This document shows, piece by piece, positions 38,250-48,504 of a stretch of DNA of 64,000 nucleotides. A program made the position numbers and the translations under genes. Location: assembly GCA_963712295.1 (NCBI GenBank), contig CAVQHM010000029.1:63704-127703 (forward strand), in the 5' to 3' direction. Below the pieces are notes generated by a model. The model was not told the origin of the DNA and ran no database searches. It saw only the letters and a program-made list of their open reading frames with translations. Source of the stretch: an uncultured Acidobacteriaceae bacterium (GTDB lineage: Bacteria > Acidobacteriota > Terriglobia > Terriglobales > Acidobacteriaceae). Numbering within the stretch: position 1 is the first letter of the stretch; each line of letters begins with the position of its first letter.

Positions 38250-38804
38250 CTACATAATGAGTTCGTTGCTCATCCGCGCGATCGGGTGCTGCATCACTTC
38301 AAGCTCGTTCTTCACCAGATTCAGTCCATAAACGCACTGCTCGAATCGCTGCGAAAGTTGCGCGAACAGCGGCGCCACCTTGGCGTATTCGAAGTCTTCG
38401 AATTTCGAAACGATGTAGTAGCTCTCTTTTCCCGCCTTCACCCAATCCACGAAATTTTCGACGCGCTGGCGGCGCAGGCGATAGTGGTTGATGCTCTCCG
38501 GAAACATGCCGGCGTAGAACAGCGTGAAGTCGCCGATATGCTTGCGCACCTGGCGCTCGCGGTCGAACGAGGGCGCCGGGCCGTAGATCGGGTCCGACTC
38601 GATCAGCATCTCGCCCACATCGTTCAGCGGCTTCCCCGCCGCATTGCGGATCTTCAAGAGCTGCTCGGCATCGCAAAACTCCGACAGCAGATGCGCGACG
38701 TAACTCACCACCTGCGGATCGCGAATCCCAATCTCCTGGGCGTAGTGGCGTCCGACCAGTTCAACAAACAACTGCTGCAGCGGATGCGTCTCCGGAATCT
38801 CCAT
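38250..38804 (-). CDS. Hypothetical protein (184 aa)
   Basis: ORF with ordinary composition, MEIPETHPLQQLFVELVGRHYAQEIG... No family recognised. Confidence 0.6.
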   Translation of the reverse strand: MEIPETHPLQQLFVELVGRHYAQEIGIRDPQVVSYVAHLLSEFCDAEQLLKIRNAAGKPLNDVGEMLIESDPIYGPAPSFDRERQVRKHIGDFTLFYAGMFPESINHYRLRRQRVENFVDWVKAGKESYYIVSKFEDFEYAKVAPLFAQLSQRFEQCVYGLNLVKNELEVMQHPIARMSNELIM

Positions 38805-39057
38805 GGCCCCACTTCCTTCCCAATTCGCCCTCTTATTCCTATCGGAACAAGATCTCGTGCGGATTAGATACCGTGAATCATGATCCAATGCAAGTGACCA
38901 TCGAACCACTACTATTAGAACCCTCCTGGCGGCGCGGCGTTTCGGGGCTGTCTGTTGGCAGCCAACGCAAGCGGCTGCTAATTCCCGCGTCGTGTGGATC
39001 GAAAAGTTGGTTCCCGGAATCTATTCACAAGGAAGTACAGAGAAGACCGGAGGCAGA

Positions 39058-39453
39058 GTGGAGCGAATCAACATCTCAAGCGGAACACCCTGGGAGCCGA
39101 TTGTCGGTTACTCTCGTGCGGTTCGCGTTGGCCCACACATCCACGTTGCGGGCACAACCGCAACCGGCGTCGACGGAAAGATCGTCGGTACAGGCGATGC
39201 GTACGCGCAAGCCGTTCAGACCATCAACAACATTCAGCGCGCGCTGAAGCAGGCCGGAGCCTCATTGAAGGATGTGGTTCGCACGCGCGTGTTTCTTACC
39301 AACATTGCGGATTGGGAAAAAGTGGGAAAAGCGCACGGTGAATTTTTCCGCGACATTCGTCCCGCGAGCACCATGATGGCGATCACGGCGCTGGTGTCTT
39401 CAGAGATGCTTGTGGAAATCGAAGCGGAAGCGATCGTACAAGAAGAAAAATGA
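39058..39453 (+). CDS. RidA/YjgF (endoribonuclease L-PSP) family protein
   Basis: [18 protein letters not shown]...[15 protein letters not shown]...VEIEAEA. GGAGG lies before the GTG at 39058. Confidence 0.8.
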   Translation: MERINISSGTPWEPIVGYSRAVRVGPHIHVAGTTATGVDGKIVGTGDAYAQAVQTINNIQRALKQAGASLKDVVRTRVFLTNIADWEKVGKAHGEFFRDIRPASTMMAITALVSSEMLVEIEAEAIVQEEK

Positions 39454-39508
39454 GTGAATGGCGGAAGCCCGAGCTTCCGCCATCATTTTAGTGGCCTAGC
39501 GTGAGTCG

Positions 39509-39946
39509 TTAACGGCGGCCTTTCTTGCGGGCGCCTTTCTTCTTTGCCGCTTTCCGGGCCGGCTTCTTCGCCGCTTTTTTCTTCTTCGCGGTTTTGGCCT
39601 TCTTCTTGGCGGCCGGCTTTTTGGCCGCTTTCTTGGCCGGTCTTTTTGCCGCCTTTTTCTTTGCCGGAGCTTTTTTTGCCGGGGCCTTCTTTGCCGGGGC
39701 CTTCTTCTTCGGCGCCCCACCCTCGCCGCCGCCGCCCAACGGAGTTACGGGTGCGGGTGTCACCACAGGCTCCCGTACCACAGGCGCGGGAAGCTCGTCG
39801 TCTTCCTCCACCAGGGCTGGCTCTTCTTCTTCCTCTTCTTCTTCTTCGTCTAGATCTTCTTCCAGCGATTCGCCATAGGCGCCGCTGTCGCTGAACTCAT
39901 CGGTCTCATCGTCCCGACCATAGAGGGTCGGATCATCGAAGCGCAT
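39509..39946 (-). CDS. Bipartite acidic/basic protein with histone H1-like AKKA-repeat tail
   Basis: AGGAGGA Shine-Dalgarno sequence. N-terminal half DDETDEFSD...DLDEEEEEEEEEP. C-terminal half KKKAPAKKAPAKKAPAKKKAAKRPAKKAAKKPAAKKK. Confidence 0.65.
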   Translation of the reverse strand: MRFDDPTLYGRDDETDEFSDSGAYGESLEEDLDEEEEEEEEEPALVEEDDELPAPVVREPVVTPAPVTPLGGGGEGGAPKKKAPAKKAPAKKAPAKKKAAKRPAKKAAKKPAAKKKAKTAKKKKAAKKPARKAAKKKGARKKGRR

Positions 39947-40176
39947 ATCTCCTCCTGCGTATTTGCGGTCACCCGCGCGCATTCACGAGCAGGGCCAGGA
40001 ATTAGGACAACGGCTGCGAAACTGCCGTGCTTCTTCGTAACGGCGCGCGATTATAGCACGGCGCAGTTTCTCCGGCAGTATCGTGCATTCTCCGCCGATT
40101 TGCGAGCGAAATTATTCGAGAGGAAAGAGCCGCTATCCGTGGGGAGAATCAAAAGCGAAATCGAGGACTGGAGCCC

Positions 40177-41283
40177 CTACTCGTACGCCAGCGCGTCGAT
40201 GGGATCCTTCTGCGCCGCCTTGAACGCCGGATACAGCGCCCCGGCCACCGCACTGGCCAGAGCAATCAAGGCAGCCCGCGCAATCCATCCCCCGGCCAGA
40301 ACCATGGGCGTGAGGGGCAGCCGATTATGAATCAGGCTCCGGGCCACCACGCTCGCCAGGATGCCCAGCAGGATGCCTCCCACCGCCAGCAGCGCCGTTT
40401 CCCGCAGCACTACGTTCACGATATACGGCTTCGAGGCGCCCATCGATTTCAGAATGCCGATTTCGCGCGTCCGTTCCATCACCGCCGTATACATCGCCTG
40501 AAAAATCACCAGCACCCCGATGACCACCGCAATCCCGATCACCACATCGATAAAGGTCGAAAGGCCGGGAATGTGAGTTGGGGTCATCATCGAAAGATAC
40601 GTGGCCATCGAACTGGCGACGTAGCGTTCCATCCCCGGCACCTGCTTGATCTCGTCCACCACCGCATCCGCGTTGGCGGGATCGTCGAGCTTGAGATACA
40701 TCACCGAGGCCTTATCCTTGCCGCCCGTCAGATCTTGCAAGGTGCTCAGGGGAAGGAATTTTCGCCCACCCTTGCCGCGCTCGACAATGCCGCAGATGCG
40801 GAAGGGGTTGTTGAGGATCTCGATCGTGTCGCCGACTTTGGAGTGCTTGGACTGGGCAAACAAATCGTCGACCAGCACATCGTTCGGCCCCTGGAACGGA
40901 CCGCCCTTCAGATAGTGAAAGCCGCCCGACATGCTCTCGTAACTCGGCAGATCGATTCCGGCGATGATCTCCAGCGCGCCCGAGGTTGAGACCTGAGTGA
41001 TCACCGGAGCGACATGTTCCACGTGCGGCAGTTTGGCCAGAACGCCTGCCACCTTGATCGGCATCGGGCTGCCGGTCAGCCCTGCAATAAAAGACGAGCC
41101 CGGGGGTAATACGATCACATCCGCCCCGATGCCCGCGGTCCGCGTGCGGGAATCCTGCAGCATCCCCAGCGAGAACCCGACAATCAGCAGAATCATCGCG
41201 ACTTCCAGCGCCACCGCCACAATACTGATCAGCGAGCGTACCGGCCGATGCACCAAATTCCCGACAATCATGCGATTCATCAT
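40177..41283 (-). CDS. ABC transporter permease, FtsX/MacB-type
   Basis: N-terminal TM segment, periplasmic domain, and three C-terminal TM segments with TREIGILKSMGAS. No ATPase gene is adjacent. Confidence 0.8.
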   Translation of the reverse strand: MMNRMIVGNLVHRPVRSLISIVAVALEVAMILLIVGFSLGMLQDSRTRTAGIGADVIVLPPGSSFIAGLTGSPMPIKVAGVLAKLPHVEHVAPVITQVSTSGALEIIAGIDLPSYESMSGGFHYLKGGPFQGPNDVLVDDLFAQSKHSKVGDTIEILNNPFRICGIVERGKGGRKFLPLSTLQDLTGGKDKASVMYLKLDDPANADAVVDEIKQVPGMERYVASSMATYLSMMTPTHIPGLSTFIDVVIGIAVVIGVLVIFQAMYTAVMERTREIGILKSMGASKPYIVNVVLRETALLAVGGILLGILASVVARSLIHNRLPLTPMVLAGGWIARAALIALASAVAGALYPAFKAAQKDPIDALAYE

Positions 41284-41298
41284 GCTTCTTCTGGAGAC

Positions 41299-42234
41299 TT
41301 ACCTCCTGTGGCTTTGGGACGCCTTCACCGCCGCCCTGGCGTTGGACCCATCCAGGCGCACCACTTCGGCTCCAGGCGGCTGCTCCAGCGCAAACTGATC
41401 GTCGGTCAGCGCGCGATTGATTTCCAGCTTGACCATGCTGAGGATGATGTCGTAATCCTCCCGCGGCCGCTCGATCTCAATCGTGCTCGGAAATGTAGTC
41501 CCCCCGTAGTCTTTGTAGTCATGGTACTGAGCGTCGGTCGCGACGTTTCCCTGTTGGTCGTAGATCCTTTGCCGCCGCGGCAGCAGGTCCGTTCGGCTGA
41601 ACTCGATCTTGCGCCACAAATACCAACCCTGGGGCCCCTTGCGGATGACGGCCAGAGCATAATTCGGCTGCTCGACCCGACGCTTCTTCGCGTCCAACAC
41701 GGTTTCATAACCGTTTTCCATCACCGCAATCTCGTCCCGCCCGATTTCCGGGATCAGCAGCGCTTGGTAAATGTACTGGGGCCGCATGTTCTCCAGCCGC
41801 TTGTCGGGCTGGTAGTTGTCGCCATCGTCCAGGCCCACGAAGAACTTGTTCTTCGGAGGAATCCAGAGCTTGAATTCCTGCCCGTCGCTCACCATATCGA
41901 AAGCTGTGTTTCGCACCAGCGGCAGCAGGCCCTTCATGCGGAGCATGGCGGGCTTGCGCGCCAGCACGTAACCGCGAATTTCTTTGTAATCGGTGATGCG
42001 GCCGTTCTTCTGGTCCCCAGCCGAAGCGTCAATATCCACCGTCGCCTGCATCGACTGAATCTTGGCAGCCTGCGCGTTGACGTATTCGATCAGATCCTGC
42101 TGAGTGGCCGTCTTCAGCGGCTGGGTGGAAAACTGGCGGTCCACAGGACGCGTGCGGAACAGACACCCGCTCAGCGGGAAAGTAGCCGCCGTCAGAAATA
42201 GTAGACAAAGCAAGCGCAGATGAGGACGATACAT
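41299..42234 (-). CDS. Lipoprotein, LolA-fold/outer-membrane lipoprotein-sorting-like (tentative)
   Basis: Lipobox LSGC in MYRPHLRLLCLLFLTAATFPLSGC. The rest resembles DUF4292/LolA-like proteins (weak). Confidence 0.55.
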   Translation of the reverse strand: MYRPHLRLLCLLFLTAATFPLSGCLFRTRPVDRQFSTQPLKTATQQDLIEYVNAQAAKIQSMQATVDIDASAGDQKNGRITDYKEIRGYVLARKPAMLRMKGLLPLVRNTAFDMVSDGQEFKLWIPPKNKFFVGLDDGDNYQPDKRLENMRPQYIYQALLIPEIGRDEIAVMENGYETVLDAKKRRVEQPNYALAVIRKGPQGWYLWRKIEFSRTDLLPRRQRIYDQQGNVATDAQYHDYKDYGGTTFPSTIEIERPREDYDIILSMVKLEINRALTDDQFALEQPPGAEVVRLDGSNARAAVKASQSHRR

Positions 42235-42384
42235 TCCTATGCCAGTACCTGAGAACCTTCCACCACTTGGGTATCTGATTAGTATAAGGCAGGGAAGGGT
42301 TCAGCGCTCAGCAGGAAACACCATAACTGGGCATCAGGGTATCGCTTTAGCCATACCGCTAAGGTCTTCAAAATCAGACGCCCC

Positions 42385-42523
42385 TTTAGCGGCTGCGGAA
42401 AAACTCGACGTTGCAATTGATTTTGCGTGGAGCAGCGCCGGGGTCCCCAGCACGCCCGGTTTTGGCGTGGTGGGGTGGAGGGCTTCAGCGCTGCATAGCT
42501 GGCGTGTTTTCATCCACGGCTTC
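42385..42523 (+). repeat. Family A element, degenerate copy with an expanded central hairpin
   Basis: AGCGGCTGCGGAAAAACTCGACGTTGCAATTGATTTTGCGTGGAGCAGCGCC...GGGCTTCAGCGCTGC. Confidence 0.6.
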
Positions 42524-42667
42524 ACAGCTTGCGGGAAAAGGCCGATGTTGTACTTGATTTTGGGTGGCGCGGCGGTTTACCGCTGCGGTAAGTGCATTGT
42601 TTTGAATCCGGCTTTAGCCGCTGAGGGCCCCTTGCCGCATGCAAAGCGACTCTTCCCGTAGCCCGCC
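42524..42667 (+). repeat. Family A element, copy 2
   Basis: Carries the invariant 40-nt core. The hairpin variant is GCGGCGGTTTACCGCTGC. Confidence 0.85.
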
Positions 42668-42691
42668 TCAATCGTACCGCTGACTAGCTGT

Positions 42692-43705
42692 TTACCGCAG
42701 CCCAAGTGCGCGCCGATAGGCGACCACGTTCCGATTGTGCTCTTCCAGGCTGCGGGCGAAGCGGTGGTGCCCGTTGCCATCGCTGACGAAGTAAAGGAAT
42801 TTTGTGCTCTCGGGATGCAGGGCGGCTTCCAGCGCGCCTCTTCCCGGATTCGCGATGGGTCCCGGCGGCAACCCGGGGAAACGATACGTGTTATAGGGCG
42901 ACTTCACGGCCAAGTCGTCGTGATGCAGGCTTCCCGAATACGTGCCCGTCAGTTGCTCGGCGTAGATCACGCTCGGATCGGCGTCGAGCGCCATCCTTAA
43001 CGCCAACCGGTTGTAGTACACGCTGGCCACGCGCGGACGCTCCTCCGGAGCCGCCGTCTCTTTTTCGACGATCGACGCCATGGTCACGATCCGCGGGACG
43101 TCGGAGTTCAGCCCAATCTGCTGCGCCACCTGCCGGAACTGATGGACCATCGTAACCGCCATTTCCTCCAGGGTCTCGGTCCGAGTGAACTCGTAGGTGT
43201 TAGGGAACAGATACCCCTCCAGCGACTTGGCGTCCGGCGCGAGATCCGAGATCAGCTGGGTCTGGGTTTCGGCCACATGCACAAAATCGGCCGCCGATCC
43301 AAGCCCCGCGTCCTCCATCGCCTTAGCGATGTCGAATATCGTGTAACCTTCGGGAATGGTGACGGTGTGGAAGTAGATATCGCCGCGCCCGATCCGTTCG
43401 TGAATTTGGGGAAGAGTCGCCGCGCGCTCGAAAAGATACTCCCCCGCCTTCAACGATGGCTTGCGATGCCACGCGTGCCAGAGCCGGAACGCCAGTTCGC
43501 TGCGAATCACGCCCGCCTTCTTCAACTCGGCCGCAATGCGCCGCGTCGAATACCCGGTATGCAGCAGCAGAGAAGTATTGGCTGGAGGCTTAACCGGCGC
43601 ATAGACCTGCCAAGCCACCCAGCCGCCAGCGGCGAGAACGACAATCAGGAATAGTGTGATCAGCGCCCGCAAGGTTCCAGTGTAGAGGTCTTTTCCGATT
43701 GCCAC
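42692..43705 (-). CDS. mltG: Endolytic murein transglycosylase MltG (YceG family)
   Basis: N-terminal TM segment, TIPEGYTIFDIA, ASIVEKETA and YNTYRFPGLPPGPIANPG. Confidence 0.88.
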   Translation of the reverse strand: MAIGKDLYTGTLRALITLFLIVVLAAGGWVAWQVYAPVKPPANTSLLLHTGYSTRRIAAELKKAGVIRSELAFRLWHAWHRKPSLKAGEYLFERAATLPQIHERIGRGDIYFHTVTIPEGYTIFDIAKAMEDAGLGSAADFVHVAETQTQLISDLAPDAKSLEGYLFPNTYEFTRTETLEEMAVTMVHQFRQVAQQIGLNSDVPRIVTMASIVEKETAAPEERPRVASVYYNRLALRMALDADPSVIYAEQLTGTYSGSLHHDDLAVKSPYNTYRFPGLPPGPIANPGRGALEAALHPESTKFLYFVSDGNGHHRFARSLEEHNRNVVAYRRALGLR

Positions 43706-43748
43706 AAAGTGGCCAGAGTACAGGGACTGTCTGGCACTCTTGACGGTT

Positions 43749-43785
43749 TTCTCGGCGCTCTCAGCGTCTCGGCGGTGAAGGTTTC
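43749..43785. repeat. Family F repeat abutting the stop of the AI-2E gene
   Basis: TTCTCGGCGCTCTCAGCGTCTCGGCGGTGAAGG. Confidence 0.65.
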
Positions 43786-44828
43786 TACTCCCCCAGCCAG
43801 TCCGCGTACGGCTTCATCGACTCGACGTGGTCGAACACAATCTTGATCGCGCCCGTGATCGGAATGGCAAGCACCAGTCCGATGGCGCCCCAGACCGCTC
43901 CCCAGAACAGCAGCGCGATCGTGACCGCCAGCGGATTGAGTCTCAGACGGTTTCCCAGCAGCTTGGGATAGAGAACGTTCAGCGCCAAGAGATGCAGCCC
44001 GATTACGCAAAGCAACACGATCAACAGGTCTCCGGCATCCAGTTGTCCCAGGCCGACAAGGATCGGCGGCACCATCGCCAGCACAATTCCGAGGTACGGA
44101 ACCAGGCTCAGAAAGCCGCTGAGAAAGCCGACGAAATAGAAGAAGGGAACGTGCAGCAGCCCGAAAATCACCACGCTCACGCCGGAAATCAGCAGCCCGA
44201 TCAGCAGGTTCCCCACAATGAAGCTCTGCAACATCTTCCCGATCAGCCCCAGGGTCACGAATGCCGTGTGCCGGTGACGCAGAGGAAACAGCATCACCGT
44301 AGAGGAACGCGCGTGGCTCTGCCAGGTCAGCAAAAAATAGGCGAGGAATGGAACAAACACCGCCGCCAACAGGATGTCGGTCAGAGTCCCGGCTCCGCGG
44401 GTGAGCAGATCCGACCAGCTCTGCACCTGCCGCACGCGCACAACATTCAGTGGCTCCGGGGCGCTCACCGCCTCGCCCGTCTTCTCGATCTTCTCCGCCC
44501 CCTGCCGGAACGGCTGCAGGATGGAGCGGATTTTCTGCGAATACTTCGGAACGTTGTCGGCAAAAATCACGGCTTGATTGTAAGAAGCGGAGGTGACGCC
44601 ATAGATCATTGTCAGCAGCGCGACCATGCTGACCAGCGCCGCCAAGGCTCTCGGAACGTGCAGATACTCCAGCGCCTGCACCACCGGAGAGAGCATAAAG
44701 CTCAGCAGAATCGCAAAGAACAGCACCGCCAGCACCATTTCGCCGTAATACGCGAACAGAACAATCAAGCCGATGCCCAGCAGCGTCAGCGACCAGTGAT
44801 GCCCGCTTCGTTCCTCAGAGATCTCCAT
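43785..44828 (-). CDS. AI-2E family transporter (PerM/UPF0118)
   Basis: 347-aa polytopic membrane protein ending ...ALLFWGAVWGAIGLVLAIPITGAIKIV, typical of the family. Confidence 0.8.
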   Translation of the reverse strand: MEISEERSGHHWSLTLLGIGLIVLFAYYGEMVLAVLFFAILLSFMLSPVVQALEYLHVPRALAALVSMVALLTMIYGVTSASYNQAVIFADNVPKYSQKIRSILQPFRQGAEKIEKTGEAVSAPEPLNVVRVRQVQSWSDLLTRGAGTLTDILLAAVFVPFLAYFLLTWQSHARSSTVMLFPLRHRHTAFVTLGLIGKMLQSFIVGNLLIGLLISGVSVVIFGLLHVPFFYFVGFLSGFLSLVPYLGIVLAMVPPILVGLGQLDAGDLLIVLLCVIGLHLLALNVLYPKLLGNRLRLNPLAVTIALLFWGAVWGAIGLVLAIPITGAIKIVFDHVESMKPYADWLGE

Positions 44829-45219
44829 ACTGTGCTTTTACTCATCCCCTGCCGGCTGGCAAACAATTCTGCCTCACTGCCGCCGGAATTGCACCCGAGA
44901 ATTGCGACACGGTCCCGATAGACCACGAAGGCCACAAAGGAGCCCGATGGGAACTCTAGAATTCCCGACCGGACGATGCACCAGCCGCGAAGCGGCGGAA
45001 CAGGAAAGCCCGGCACGGCAGTGCCGGGTAGGCGGAAGTAGAACCAACCGAGTCCCGCGAGGGACGGAACCTGTACGACACAGACTCCGGACGGACGTCC
45101 GAGTTCTCGCCACACTCTTCACCGCTGCGGCAACTGGATTATTGTGGATACCGGCTTTGACATCGCCGGAATCGCGGATGTTAAGAAGCTTTTCTACCTC
45201 TGCCATCTACAATTGACGA

Positions 45220-45664
45220 ATGTGTGCACCGGGAACGCCAGCCCACAGCCGCATCCTGGCCCTCGATGTCGGCTCGAAAAGAATCGGGGTCGCCGTCTCC
45301 GATCCCTTGGGCATCACGGCGCAGGGGTTGGATACGATCCAGCGTCAGAACAAACGCCGCGATCATGGAGGCCCTGGGACAAGTGCTGGCGAAATACGAA
45401 GTCCGGGAGATTGTGGTCGGCCTGCCCCTGCGCTTAAGCGGCGCGGAAGGAACGCAATCGGAAAAGATGCGCCGTTTCGCCGACGATCTGCGCGCTCAAT
45501 TCGGTCTGACCGTCCATCTATGGGACGAGCGTTGGACCTCAACTCAAGCCAACCGCCTGTTGCGCGAAACCGATCTTTCGATCCAGAAGCGAGGGCAAGC
45601 AGTAGACCGGATGGCCGCCATCTTAATTCTTCAATCCTGGCTCGAAGCGCACCCCGCTCACTGA
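45220..45664 (+). CDS. ruvX: Holliday junction resolvase RuvX (YqgF); frame broken by one extra base near 45350..45360
   Basis: Frame 1 reads [36 protein letters not shown]. Frame 2 reads [43 protein letters not shown]...DERWTS. Confidence 0.85.
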
Positions 45665-45675
45665 GGCTTTCTGCT

Positions 45676-45751
45676 GGTGGAGAGCCGGGCTCCCCGCCCG
45701 GCCGCCGCACTGCCCAAGGACGGGCGAGGACGCCCGTCGCTCCACCGTACG
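45676..45751. repeat. Family E subfamily (GGTGGAGAGCCGGGC...GCTCCACCGTA) after ruvX
   Basis: Paralogue of 33091..33151. Confidence 0.8.
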
Positions 45752-45772
45752 ACTCATCATGCGGTCACGGTT

Positions 45773-48433
45773 CTAGTGCAGCATTGCCACGTCCGGAGTC
45801 ACCGACGTGCCGTCCAGGTAAAAGCTGACCGCACCCTCCATGTCGGTGCGGTAGGTTTTAACCCCGGTCTGCTGCAACCGCTCCAACACTTCGCGCCGCG
45901 GATGTCCATAAACATTTCGCGCGCCGACCGAAATGACCGCAAAACGCGGATGCACCGTCGCGAGCAGATCGGCGGAAGTTCCGCTCGCGCTTCCGTGATG
46001 AGCGACCTTCAGCAGCATTGCTTCCGGGTGCTCGTCCACCACCCGTCGTTCCACCGGACGTTCCGCGTCTCCCTCCAGCAAAGCGGTCGTGCCGCCAAAA
46101 GTGGCCGTGAACACCAGGCAATCGTCGTTCGGACGCATCGACCCGGTAATTTGGTCGCGCCCCGGGGCGAATACGCGGAAATGCGTTCCGCCGTAATCGA
46201 ATGTATCGCCGTCTTTCTCCACGGAGACTTTCATCCCCGCGCTCTGGGCTTGCGCGACGATCGGAGCCAATTCGCCCACCGGCTTGTCGATACTTATCCA
46301 AAGTTCCCGCGGGTGGAAATTCGCGATCACCGCCGGCATCCCGCCGAGGTGATCTGCATGAGGATGCGTGATGACGACCGCGTCCAGACGATCGATGCCG
46401 CGATTCCAAAGATAAGAAGAGACCACCTGCTCGCCGATATCGAAGTCCGAATGCATCCACTGCGCCATGCCTCCAGCATCGATGAGCAGAGCGCGGCCCG
46501 CGGGCGTGACCAGCAGGATGGAGTCGCCTTGCCCGACGTCAATGGCCGTCATCTCCATCACGCCCGCGCGAAGGTGAGGGCGAGAGGGGACAAACGCGAT
46601 CCAGCCGGCAACGCCGAACAGCAACGCCACGGAAGCGAAGGCGGCCAGGCGCGAGCGCCGGACTTGCACCGCCATCATGGCCAGCGCCAGAGCCGCGAGC
46701 GAGGCCAAAATCATTGCGAGCGAGGGCATGGCCACGCGCAGGTCGGCGATCGATCCTAACAACTGCCTGCCAGCAACCGGGGCGCCGCCGAGAAGATGTA
46801 CCGTTCCCGCGATACCCTCAAGCGCGAGGCCGGAAATCCAAACCGCGGGCTTGGCGAGAGTGGTCGAGATATATCCCAGGCCGACGGCGGCGGCCGCTGT
46901 AGGCATCAGCACCTGGGTGAGCGGAATCACCGCCAGGTTGGCCGGCATTCCCATGGTGGTCGCGCGATGAAAGTGGTAGGCCATAAGCAGCGCCAGCCCC
47001 GCCTGCATCAGCGCCGAAATGAAGATCAACTCGCTCGCGCCAATTGCCACTCGCATGAAGATCGCGGGCAGTATGACGCCGAGGCGCTCCCCCACAAATC
47101 TCGTCAACCGCCCCGCGATCATCCGCAGCTCGAGCCGGAACTGCGCCACCTCGCGAGCGACATGCAGATCGTAGCTGGCCGCCCGCAACAGCCGCAGACC
47201 GCGCGCATAGGGCAACGTTGTCCGCTCCAGAATCGGCGCGCCGATGCCCGCGATGATGAAGACGGCAAGAAACGTCAGCTGAAAGCTGGCCCCAAACAGG
47301 GCGTGTGGGTCGGCGATCAGAACTCCCAGAGCCGCCGCGCCAATAGCGTTCATCATGTTGCGTCCGCGATACAACAGACGCGCCCCCAGGTAGATCGCCA
47401 GCATCAGGGCGGCGCGCCAGACCGGTGGGCCGACTCCCACTACAAATGCATAGCAGAACGAGACCACCACGGTCGTAATCGCCGCCACTGCGGGATCCAC
47501 ACGAAACTGCCGCAACACCCAGAAAATCGCGAACGCCAGAATGCTCAGGTTCATTCCCGAAACAACCAGTACGTGATACGTCCCCGAGCGCTGGTACTCG
47601 GTGCGGGTTGCATTGCGCAGGAACGATTCTTCGCCCAGAACCATGGCGTCCATGAGCTCGGCCTGCGGCGCCGGCCAAAGCTGATGAATCTTTGCGATGA
47701 TGCTGGCATGAACGCGCGCCCGCCAGAGTTGAATCCAGCTGCCGGAAAACCCGGGGAGCCGCTGCAGGTCCTTGGCCTCCGCCGATCCCAGCACGCTAAT
47801 GCCGTTGTCGCGCAAATAGCCTTCATAATCGAAAGCTCCCGGATTGCGGTAATTGCGAGCCGGATGCAACTTGGCGACGATGCGAAGCCGCGTGCCATAG
47901 GTGAGTGGGCATTGGGTGATCGGGTGATCGGATGATCCGGGTGGCATCTAAGATCACCGGATCAGCCCGATGGACCGATGCGCCCGATTCTCCACCTTCT
48001 CGTAAATCGCAAGCCGCACCCCAGCCCGCACCGGCCAGGTTTCGCCCTGGCTTGCGATCGTTTCCGTCTCCACATCAATGGATTCGCGAATCGACCGCGG
48101 CCCCGCCGCCCGAGCATATCCCTCGCGAATCACGTGCCCGGTAAGCGTGACGGCCCGGCCATCGGCCAAAGTGAGAATGTGAGGATCAACCGGCCGTTGA
48201 CCGCGTATCTGAATTAGAAGCGCGCCAAGAAGAAACCATGCGCCCAGAGAAAGTGCCTTGGCCAGCCAAGCTCGCCTCGCAAGGAAGAATGACGACGCCA
48301 GGACGAACGCCACGACCGCGATCACCCACCACGACGGCGGCCGCCAGGCGCGCACGCCTGTCCAGAGGCCGAGTGAAAATACCAGCGCCGCCCAGAACAA
48401 CGGCTGCCGCGGCGGATTCTGGTTGCGCATCAT
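45773..48433 (-). pseudogene. comEC: ComEC/Rec2 DNA internalisation protein, interrupted by TGA-TCT-TAG in frame at 47948..47956
   Basis: The N-terminal ORF 47954..48433 (TM segments plus the first half of the OB fold) and the ORF 45773..47947 (PLTYGTRLRI..NPGAFDYEGYL, competence domain, MBL motif ITHPHADHLGG) are in the same phase, separated by two stops inside a GATCACC-type palindromic repeat. Confidence 0.8.
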
Positions 48434-48504
48434 TTTCTAGCTCGATGGAAAGGAAGGGCACGACATCCAGTCGTGCCATCAGGCCTAAGAAAGAAGCCCG
48501 CCTT

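Noticed and set aside
39525-39894. Plus-strand ORFs rich in Phe/Ala/Ser opposite the H1-like gene
   Set aside because: They are antisense translations of the AAG/GCC repeat. The minus-strand ORF has a strong Shine-Dalgarno sequence and a coherent bipartite composition.
45001-45020. AGGAAAGCCCGGCAC as an RNase P CR-I motif
   Set aside because: There is only partial similarity to GAGGAAAGUCCGGGC, and none of the other conserved regions is nearby.
45220-45828. 202-aa ORF treated as an independent gene
   Set aside because: Only the first 45 codons or so are ruvX-like. The remainder is out-of-frame read-through across ruvX and a family E repeat.
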